59,247 nucleotides of DNA from IMG/VR virus record IMGVR_UViG_3300021961_000105, positions 1-59,247 of that record, one strand, 5' to 3'. The position numbers and the translations under genes are program-made. How positions within the stretch are numbered: the stretch's first letter is position 1; each line of letters begins with the position of its first letter. The notes beneath the pieces were generated by a model. That model searched no databases. It worked only from the letters and a program-made list of their open reading frames with translations, and was not told the origin of the DNA. Source of the DNA: a virus (taxonomy: Duplodnaviria > Caudoviricetes). Below, in pieces: positions 8,561 through 16,521 of this stretch.

Positions 8561-9349
8561 TCAATAAAATTCTTCAACTATAATACATCCTCCAGCTCCA
8601 GCGCCGCCAGTGCCTTGAGAGGTTTGAGCTCTAGCCCCACCTGAACCGCCGCCACCATAGTTACGACCAGCCTCACCAGTAAAGTTGGCAACGTGTCCTC
8701 TAGCACCACCACCCATGCCTGATGATCCGCCATGGCCAGAACCCTGATCGCTTGGATAGGTTCCACCACCGCCACCACCTTGTCCTTGGAATACGATTCC
8801 TCCTGAAGCAGTGCCGCTTCCTCCATTACCACCACTCCAACCGCTATTATTTGTACCACCAGTTGCAGTGAGAAAAGTCCCAAAACTAGTGGTGCCGCCG
8901 CTAGTTCCATTAGTTACTCTACTATTTGATGGTGGTCCACTTCCGGCAGCGCCGCCACCGCCTACAGCATATGGTACAGTATTTCCAGGAATCGATGGAG
9001 CTGGAATCCACCTAATTGACATTCCACCACCGCCTCCGCCACCAGCTTGTCTGTGTGAACCTGGAGGATTACCTCTGACGCCACCGCCGCCAGCGCCGCC
9101 GCCAATGCAGGTTACCTTAATACCTTTAAGACCTGCTGGTTTTGTCCATGTGCCTGGTCCGGTGTAAATTCTAGGAGTTATCTCTCTATTCACATCAATC
9201 CAAGTTGTCCCTTGAGCATACTCAATTCTATTGTTGCTGGTGTTGTAGCGCATCATGCCATTTTGGCCACTTGGCCTTTGTGGACTTGTTCCCTGAGGAA
9301 GTCTCAGATACCCAGTATCATTAATAGTTGTGTTCTTAAACGTTGCCAT
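8561..9349 (-). CDS. Glycine-rich tail fibre tip / adhesin-like protein
   Basis: N-terminal fibre-junction motif LPQGTSPQRP...GMMRYNT....EY...W, then a polyglycine domain (TWTKPAG...VTCIGGGAGGG...GGGGGGG...GAGGCIIVEEFY). Confidence 0.75.
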   Translation of the reverse strand: MATFKNTTINDTGYLRLPQGTSPQRPSGQNGMMRYNTSNNRIEYAQGTTWIDVNREITPRIYTGPGTWTKPAGLKGIKVTCIGGGAGGGGVRGNPPGSHRQAGGGGGGGMSIRWIPAPSIPGNTVPYAVGGGGAAGSGPPSNSRVTNGTSGGTTSFGTFLTATGGTNNSGWSGGNGGSGTASGGIVFQGQGGGGGGTYPSDQGSGHGGSSGMGGGARGHVANFTGEAGRNYGGGGSGGARAQTSQGTGGAGAGGCIIVEEFY

Positions 9350-9371
9350 TACAGTACGTCTCCTTCTGTAT

Positions 9372-9378
9372 TATTTAT
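9372..9378 (-). promoter_or_regulatory. Late promoter box ATAAATA
   Basis: Overlaps the fibre gene stop; followed by SD gaaggag and ATG 9349. Confidence 0.7.
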
Positions 9379-12300
9379 GAATTTTTTAAAGAATCAATTT
9401 CAGCTTTGAGTTCTTTGATAGACTCGATTAACAATCCAATCAAGTTTCCATAAGAAACAGACTTCATTCCATCTTCATTTTCAAATACTGCCTCTGGAAT
9501 AATTGATTCAACTTCTTGAGCAATTAATCCAAGTTTTCTTGATCCATCAGAGATCAAGTTATATTCAACACCACGTAGGTTGCATACTTTATTTAGTGCA
9601 TTTGTAATAGTATCAACATTAGTCTTCAATCTAAGGTCAGAAGTTTCTGTCAGTGTTGTTGCACTTAATGTTGCGAGAACAGTTACGTTGCCTCTGAATG
9701 TTGGCGTTGTGGTCAAACTGTAAGCAGATCCATTACCAATGAGGATTGCACCGTTTGCTGGAACTCCAGTTTGTCCAGTACCACCTCTAGCAATAGGAAT
9801 TGTTCCTGTATGGTTTGCAGAGTTTGTATAGAATGCGGAGTTCTTAGTACCAAGAGTTGAAGCATCAACATCACCTGTTGAAGAATTCTTGATACTTACC
9901 GCACCATCAGCAGCAATTGAGAATGTAGATGTCTTGAACTTCGCAACACCAGTTGTCGAATAAGTATCTAGAGTTTGTGCAACTCTATTTGCAGTAATTT
10001 GAATTGCACCGTAGTGGGTTGCAAATCCAACTCCATAATCGGAACTTGAAGCAGTGATTCCAAATGGTTGTGTAGAACCGATTCCAACACTGGTTACAAC
10101 CTTCTGATAGGAAGAGTTACCATTGAGGAATGTGTCGGAGTTTGCGGGACCAGAACCAAGTCTGGAAGGCGATACAGTACCACTAACGATGTTAGCCGCA
10201 TCAATATCCGCGCTGGCGAGGAGTGACCAGTTATCAGGATCTGTGGATGAAGTATTAACGGTATCCTGGTATCTTACGTTCTGTTTGGTGAATGTAATGC
10301 TTCCAGTTCCAGTTTGGGCAATTCCAACTGCGTTGAATGTAACACCACTTGCAGATGAAGTTGCATCACTCTGGGTGGAGTGGAGTGTAAATCCGTTCTG
10401 AACAACAGAACCAACGTAGTAGAATCCACCAGTATCAATTCCAAGTGGAGTACTTCCGGAAACTCTTACTGGATCACCAGTTGTGTATCCGTGGTTGACG
10501 AAGTGAATCGTGTCCTTAGCGCTGGAAACACCACATCTAATAAATGCGTGTGTTCCGATTCCACTACCAGATAGATCCTGTCTAGAAACTAGTGCATATG
10601 TAGAGTGAAGTTCGACAGAAGAAACACCAACTCTCTTAACATAATATGTGGAATTTTCAATTAGACCAGTAATATTTGTTCCGCCATTTGTTGCATACTT
10701 AACAGCGTCTCCATTCTGGAAGGTATGTCCAACTCCAAGAACAACTCTATCTTCATCGAAGTCAACATCTCCTCCAGTTGCGATAGTAGTTGGATCAATT
10801 TCATACGAAAGATCAAGATCTAGTGTTGTTGTAATTCCAACTGCATTTCCATCAGCGATGTAGTCAGGTAGAGCTGCACTACCAGCAAATTTCTGGTTAT
10901 TTGTCAATGCAAGATATAGTCTTGTTTCAACATCATTAACTTGGACGGTAAATGCTCCGCCTCCAGATCTTCCACCAACATCTCCGTCATTTGCACTTAG
11001 AATATCTCCTCCCTGATAGTATCTACCACCAGTCTTGATATTTACGTTAGTTACGGTTCCAGATCCACCAACAGTAACCTCAGCAAGTGAAGCAGTACCA
11101 AGACCAGTTGTTGATGTTAAGTAACAAGTGTAGATACCTGGTGAAGAATATCCAGAACCACCATTGGTAATTGGAGCTCCTAGTAGAACACCCTTAACAA
11201 GACCTGTTAGACCATAACCAACATATGGAGCGATAGTTGTTCCAATTCCAACGCCTTGTGGAGGTGCAGTAACAACACCAATTGCACTTGCGGCTAGAGC
11301 ACTGACTACTGTATTTCCATTAGAGAACGCATAATCTCTGCTATCGTCGTCAAGGATCAAATACTGACTTACAACGTCCTGAACAAGTACGTAGGATAGT
11401 TCTGGTTCAACGATTGTGTCACCGTTGAGAATGTTAATTGCTGGAATTTCGTTAACGAGAACAGTTCTACCAGTAGAAACATTTGTTTTTGTGTAATTAA
11501 CGACCTTTGGTGGAATCAAGTCAGCATTAATTTGACCAGAAGAGTTCAACTGAACAACAGCATTTGGAACTGCGTTCTGTGATACGGTCTTATCAATGAA
11601 GGTTCCAAGTCTGTTAGACATGAAACTTCTGACAGCCAACTGGGTGGAAACTCTCTTATTGAGTGGTCCACCAAGTTCTCCTTCACCAAGGTTAGTATCA
11701 GTTGAGAATTCTTCAACAGCAACACCACCAGATAGAGATAGACGGATGGAATCCAGTTCTCCAATGGATACCTTGTTGTTAAAGACAATATTACCAGTTC
11801 TGTTGTATGCGGTAATTTGATCACCGATCTTGAAGTCACCAAGTTCGTTAGTACCAGAAGCATAAACACGACCACCAAGTTCGGAAACCTGCTCTGCGGT
11901 TGGATCTCCCTTACCACCATTCTGTGGTAGAGCGTTGTAATCAGTACCAGAACCAGCGAATTCCCAGGTGTGTGAGGAAGAGTTAACGATGGATGGTCTA
12001 TGTAAATGACATCTGTACTGAACTGGTAGGGCACCAATACCCTGGATTACGTTTCCAGTTTCAGTAGAATCTACTTTAAATTCGATCGTTCTGAAACTTG
12101 TAATTCCAGAAACTTCAGTAACTCCAACAGCAATTTGTGGGTCATTGTGGTCAACAATATTTCCACCAGTAGTAGAGAAGAAATATCTAGAACCACCAAC
12201 TTCTTCTACGGAAACAATAAGTTGTCTTGTTGATGAAGTGAAAGTTAGAGCAAAACCAGTAGCAGTTCCACCACTTACAGTTTGTGTAATTTGCTGACCA

Positions 12301-15300
12301 GAATTGAAGACAGCAGTAGAACCAACTCCAGCAAGAGTCAATAACTGATATTGAGAGTGAGAATCAATGATCTCATCAACAATAAATTCTTGGTTGTTCT
12401 TCTGGAAGGTGTTAATACCTGTTGGAGCAGAAGTTAAATCAACAGGTCTTCTTAGAGATTCATCTTCAAATAGTTTGAAGCTTCCAGAGTCAATATACTG
12501 CACATAGTAAGTGTTACCATTAACAAGACCGCCAATTACTACAGGAGGTTCTGCCTGTTCGTTACCAAGATAAACAACACTATCTGTATCAAGGAATGGA
12601 TGACCTGCAATTGAAATTACATCAGTATCCGTGTTAATACCAACTGCTGGGTTTATTACAGCTTCTTGAACAAGTGGCTTAAATAGACTTGTTCTATCTA
12701 CACCCTCGTTATCGAGGAATCTTAGAACGTATAGATCCTGTTCTGTTCTACCAACACCGATAACTCTTAAAGTCTGCAATCCACCAGAAGTACCAGTTGC
12801 AGCAACACGTCCCTTATCGAAAGTGAATGCATTTGGTGAGAATCCAGTTGCCCTTAGAGCAATTGATCCAAAGTTAGTTGCGGAGTTGGTGATGGATAGA
12901 TAACCACCAGACTGTGAGAGTGAACCATAACGACAGAAGATTTGGAAGCAAGAAACAACCTGTGCATAACCATCGTTAATTGTTCTCCAACCAATACCAT
13001 CAAAGGAGATCATGGTAAAGGTTGCAGCAACCATCGACTTACCAAACTCTGGAATGTCTCCTACTGGAGGATTCTCTGCGAGGAGTTGTACTGCAGGTAC
13101 GTTTGGAGAAATAACCTTGTCACCATCAACAAGGATACCATTACCACCAAGACTGGAAAGGATTGTGCAGTTTTGGATGTATGGTGACTTGAAGATTTGT
13201 GGCTTACTTAGAACTGCTGTTCCTCCAACACCAGCAACATAATAGTGTGGAATATCGGGTTTCTTCTCACCACGAATTGCAAATACAGTTGAAGAAGCAG
13301 CTGAAACAACACCGAAGTCTCTTACTCCACTTTGGTGCTGATCGGGGTAGAACTGAATTTTCTGTACTGTAGGAACTTTCTCAACAGTAGGAACTTTCTT
13401 CGATGTACCACCACTTACATAAGTATGTGCAATTGTAGAAATACCAGAGTTAATTACGAATGTATTTGGATCACTTACGCTGTCTACTAAGAATGTGAAT
13501 CCATAAGGAGAAGTGCCATCTGGGAAAATGGAAGTTGTTACGCCAGCATGTTCTACAGAACATGAGAATTCAAGACCAATGAGAGTTACATAATCACCAG
13601 CTGTGAGTCCGTGAGCACCTGAAGTGACACAAGTTGATACGCCAGTTGACTCAGTATAGAGGAAGTTGGTAACTCCCACTTCGCCATATCCATCATAGGT
13701 ATGTGCAATTGTAGAAATACCAGCATTGAAGGTAAATCCGTTTGTTGTTACACCGGTAATTGTAAATGTATATCCATCTACGTTATATGAGTTGATGGTT
13801 CCATCTGGGAATAGTGTGGTTGTTACTCCAGCATGTGCTACTGCACAAGAGAATGGAAGATCTCTTAGGGTAATCTTATCATTTACTTGATAACCATGAG
13901 TTTCTCTAGTTGTACCAGTACATACACCTGTAGATTCGGTGTATTGGAATGTATTAATACCTAGTTTTTGCCAACCAGTATAAATGTGTGGAATTGTCGA
14001 AATACCACCCTGAATTGTAACTGTCTTAGCAACAGTATTAACACCAATAATTGGGTAAATTGCTCCATAACCTTGATCATCCAATCCATTATATGGGAAG
14101 ATCGTTGTTGTAACACCTGCATGTTCCTCTGAACATGCAAATGGGAAGTTATAGAGGAATAGTTTTTCTCCAATAGTATATTCTCCACCATACTCTGATC
14201 TATCTGGTGAGGAACGGAAGGTGAGAGTAGATACACCAACTACATTATTATATCTAATACTTGCAATACCAGTTTCATCGTAACCACAAGTCCAACCAAG
14301 TCCAGCAAGTCTTACTGTATTTCCTGGATATAATTCATGTTGAGATGCACTGGTAATTGTCGTAACTCCGGTTGCACCATCATAAGTAGCACCAGTAATA
14401 TTAATTACCGCTGTTGCTGCATATCCAGTTCTATCCAAACTTGAGTTGAATGGTTCGTCAAATGAAATTGTATAATTCCAAGTGTGTTGAGGAATCTTTG
14501 TATTTGAATCAATAAAATCGGTAAAAGTTAGTCCAGTAATATAGTTACCGTTTCTTACCTTGAAGAAGTCAACCCCAGCATTTAGTGGTCTTACAACAAC
14601 GTTTCTAAGAGAATCCGCAATAATATTTACGTTATCATAGAGAATAATTGGGTTATCTTCAATATAATCACCAGATTCTACTAGGATTGTTGCACCAGTG
14701 TTAAAGAAGAATCCGAGGTATGATGCAATCTGAGCAGCCTTCTTAATTGTCTTGACAGGCTTAGTTCTTCCATCATTTGCATCATTACCAGTTGCCTGAG
14801 ATACCCTAACAAGAACTTGTGAACCAGATCCACCACCACCTGTTGCAAATCCGATATTTCCTTGACCATCAGTGATCAGAACTTGGCCATCTTGTCCATC
14901 TGCGGTTGGGAATGTTAATCCATTAATAGTTGCAATTCCAACTACTTCAAGATTTTTGAAAGAACCCTTTTCTACGTTGATGTTACTACCATCATTTTGA
15001 ATCCTTTCAATACTTACAGGGGTATTCAAAGGAACATCATATGTACTTACTGAACTATAACCAATCTGAACAGTGTTTGCACTTGTTGTTACAGTTGAAA
15101 TAGAAACTGTTGTTCCAGAGGAAAGTCCTACAGATAATGTGCTTCCAGCTCCAATTACCAAAGCTGGAGTTGTTGGGATAGTTGGATCAGTGAATGATAC
15201 ATCTTTACCTACTGTTAATCCAACACCAAGTACATTAGAAAGTATAACTGCTGCACTATCTGATCTAATTGTACTGATTGAAACTATAGATCCACTGGTT

Positions 15301-16478
15301 ATCTCTGACGCTGGAGCAAAAGATACGCCAATTTCTACAGAATCGACATTCACAGCAATAATTGGAACCAACTCCAGTATTGGACTTCCCCCTGTAGAAA
15401 CAGAAACTGAATTTCCAATAGAAACTCCTGTTGTATCAGTAACAGGTATTAGAGTTGAACCTATACTTACAGTTACTGAAAGTGTATCCTCTAAAAAGAT
15501 AGAATCATATGCAGCTACAGCTATTGTAGTAAATCCTACAACTGGGTTATATGAAACATCTCCATCAAATACTCCCTCTGTAACAGTACTTAAAGAACTT
15601 CCGATAGAAACTCCACCAGTACTAGCAACACCAACAATTGTCGCTCCAATACTTGCTAATGCACTTACTGTGGTATTTAATACAATAGTATTTTCTAAAG
15701 GAAGGTCAGTAACTCCAAATCCAGTAATTGGAACATTTGTAGCTACACCAGCAATGCTGAAGGAGTTTCCAATAGATACTCCATTAGTACTTGCAACAGC
15801 AATGAGTGTAGCTCCAATATTTACATTATTGGATAATGTTGTAGTTGTTCGTGGAGCATTAAATGGTGTAGAAACTATACTAGATCCAAAGCTAACAATT
15901 CTAGCAGCACTAATAAATGTTCCAATACTTACAAAATCACCAGTTTGTACGGAAGTAGTATCCGCTACAGCGAAAACAGTATTTCCAACACCAGAAAGTT
16001 GCGTTACGAATGTATCAAGAGTAAACGTAGTAACTCCATGACCAGTTACATTTAGTCTATTAAATGTAGCTGTTGTTCCATGAGTTGTAGTTACTGTCGA
16101 AATGCCAGTTACTAATTGATTTCCATTTACAATTAATCCAGTATTTCCATAACCAATTTTAACATCCCACGAAGGCATGTCTGTGGATGAATCCGTGGTA
16201 ATACCTGCGAACGTCGCTATACCAGCAACATTGAAATTACCAGTAAGTCCAGTTTGATAATCAGGATCTGTATTAAATCCTACCTGTAATGTCTCTGGAA
16301 ACTCGGCTTTTCTGACGTTAGCAAAATCTTTTCTCGCTAACTCAATTCCACCAACAGTACTCCCATCATGAGCTAGTAGAGTCTTTTTGTCGGTATCATA
16401 AGTAATCTCTCCAATTGCCCCAGTAAAAACGGTGTGCTGGGCGGTAGTACCCCTTCTTATCTGTACCTGCTTAGTCAT
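9375..16478 (-). CDS. Long tail fibre/spike protein: Mtd_N-like N-terminus, pectin-lyase-like beta-helix, nested beta-domains, C-terminal peptidase S74 intramolecular chaperone
   Basis: MTKQVQIRRGTTAQH..FTGA.GEITYDTD...HDG.T.GG N-terminus; GNDANDG...PVKTIKKA...ESGDYIEDNP beta-helix cap; SDLRLK...GLIAQEVE...SVSYGNLIGLLIESIKEL at 9375-9641. Confidence 0.88.
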   Translation of the reverse strand: MTKQVQIRRGTTAQHTVFTGAIGEITYDTDKKTLLAHDGSTVGGIELARKDFANVRKAEFPETLQVGFNTDPDYQTGLTGNFNVAGIATFAGITTDSSTDMPSWDVKIGYGNTGLIVNGNQLVTGISTVTTTHGTTATFNRLNVTGHGVTTFTLDTFVTQLSGVGNTVFAVADTTSVQTGDFVSIGTFISAARIVSFGSSIVSTPFNAPRTTTTLSNNVNIGATLIAVASTNGVSIGNSFSIAGVATNVPITGFGVTDLPLENTIVLNTTVSALASIGATIVGVASTGGVSIGSSLSTVTEGVFDGDVSYNPVVGFTTIAVAAYDSIFLEDTLSVTVSIGSTLIPVTDTTGVSIGNSVSVSTGGSPILELVPIIAVNVDSVEIGVSFAPASEITSGSIVSISTIRSDSAAVILSNVLGVGLTVGKDVSFTDPTIPTTPALVIGAGSTLSVGLSSGTTVSISTVTTSANTVQIGYSSVSTYDVPLNTPVSIERIQNDGSNINVEKGSFKNLEVVGIATINGLTFPTADGQDGQVLITDGQGNIGFATGGGGSGSQVLVRVSQATGNDANDGRTKPVKTIKKAAQIASYLGFFFNTGATILVESGDYIEDNPIILYDNVNIIADSLRNVVVRPLNAGVDFFKVRNGNYITGLTFTDFIDSNTKIPQHTWNYTISFDEPFNSSLDRTGYAATAVINITGATYDGATGVTTITSASQHELYPGNTVRLAGLGWTCGYDETGIASIRYNNVVGVSTLTFRSSPDRSEYGGEYTIGEKLFLYNFPFACSEEHAGVTTTIFPYNGLDDQGYGAIYPIIGVNTVAKTVTIQGGISTIPHIYTGWQKLGINTFQYTESTGVCTGTTRETHGYQVNDKITLRDLPFSCAVAHAGVTTTLFPDGTINSYNVDGYTFTITGVTTNGFTFNAGISTIAHTYDGYGEVGVTNFLYTESTGVSTCVTSGAHGLTAGDYVTLIGLEFSCSVEHAGVTTSIFPDGTSPYGFTFLVDSVSDPNTFVINSGISTIAHTYVSGGTSKKVPTVEKVPTVQKIQFYPDQHQSGVRDFGVVSAASSTVFAIRGEKKPDIPHYYVAGVGGTAVLSKPQIFKSPYIQNCTILSSLGGNGILVDGDKVISPNVPAVQLLAENPPVGDIPEFGKSMVAATFTMISFDGIGWRTINDGYAQVVSCFQIFCRYGSLSQSGGYLSITNSATNFGSIALRATGFSPNAFTFDKGRVAATGTSGGLQTLRVIGVGRTEQDLYVLRFLDNEGVDRTSLFKPLVQEAVINPAVGINTDTDVISIAGHPFLDTDSVVYLGNEQAEPPVVIGGLVNGNTYYVQYIDSGSFKLFEDESLRRPVDLTSAPTGINTFQKNNQEFIVDEIIDSHSQYQLLTLAGVGSTAVFNSGQQITQTVSGGTATGFALTFTSSTRQLIVSVEEVGGSRYFFSTTGGNIVDHNDPQIAVGVTEVSGITSFRTIEFKVDSTETGNVIQGIGALPVQYRCHLHRPSIVNSSSHTWEFAGSGTDYNALPQNGGKGDPTAEQVSELGGRVYASGTNELGDFKIGDQITAYNRTGNIVFNNKVSIGELDSIRLSLSGGVAVEEFSTDTNLGEGELGGPLNKRVSTQLAVRSFMSNRLGTFIDKTVSQNAVPNAVVQLNSSGQINADLIPPKVVNYTKTNVSTGRTVLVNEIPAINILNGDTIVEPELSYVLVQDVVSQYLILDDDSRDYAFSNGNTVVSALAASAIGVVTAPPQGVGIGTTIAPYVGYGLTGLVKGVLLGAPITNGGSGYSSPGIYTCYLTSTTGLGTASLAEVTVGGSGTVTNVNIKTGGRYYQGGDILSANDGDVGGRSGGGAFTVQVNDVETRLYLALTNNQKFAGSAALPDYIADGNAVGITTTLDLDLSYEIDPTTIATGGDVDFDEDRVVLGVGHTFQNGDAVKYATNGGTNITGLIENSTYYVKRVGVSSVELHSTYALVSRQDLSGSGIGTHAFIRCGVSSAKDTIHFVNHGYTTGDPVRVSGSTPLGIDTGGFYYVGSVVQNGFTLHSTQSDATSSASGVTFNAVGIAQTGTGSITFTKQNVRYQDTVNTSSTDPDNWSLLASADIDAANIVSGTVSPSRLGSGPANSDTFLNGNSSYQKVVTSVGIGSTQPFGITASSSDYGVGFATHYGAIQITANRVAQTLDTYSTTGVAKFKTSTFSIAADGAVSIKNSSTGDVDASTLGTKNSAFYTNSANHTGTIPIARGGTGQTGVPANGAILIGNGSAYSLTTTPTFRGNVTVLATLSATTLTETSDLRLKTNVDTITNALNKVCNLRGVEYNLISDGSRKLGLIAQEVESIIPEAVFENEDGMKSVSYGNLIGLLIESIKELKAEIDSLKNS
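13208..14408 (-). repeat. Four related ~90-aa beta-domains (C..HAGVTTTIFPDG...GISTIxHxY), nested
   Basis: Three complete repeats plus one split outer repeat in the translation; the same module occurs in gp7 at 37927-38808. Confidence 0.8.
15001..16010 (-). repeat. Four Thr/Ser/Val-rich repeats (IGAT.I.VAST.GVSIG), N-halves followed by C-halves
   Basis: Visible in the translation of the 2367-aa fibre. Confidence 0.7.
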
Positions 16479-16511
16479 GGAAATACTTAATGACGGTTTA
16501 TCTTCTTCATT

Positions 16512-16519
16512 TATTTATA
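16512..16519 (-). promoter_or_regulatory. T4 late promoter TATAAATA for the tail fibre gene
   Basis: Exact match, 34 nt upstream of ATG 16478. Confidence 0.8.
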
Positions 16520-16521
16520 CT

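Noticed and set aside
8578-9167. Alternative-frame and antisense Pro-rich ORFs over the Gly-rich gene
   Set aside because: By-products of GGN codon runs
15073-16041. 322-aa plus-strand ORF
   Set aside because: Antisense shadow of the Thr/Val/Ser/Gly-rich repeat region of the tail fibre; no SD or promoter, and its composition is the mirror image
9375-16478. Diversity-generating retroelement suggested by the Mtd_N-like N-terminus and repeated segments
   Set aside because: No reverse transcriptase in the window, no adenine-specific TR/VR pair, and the C-terminus is an S74 chaperone rather than a C-type lectin fold
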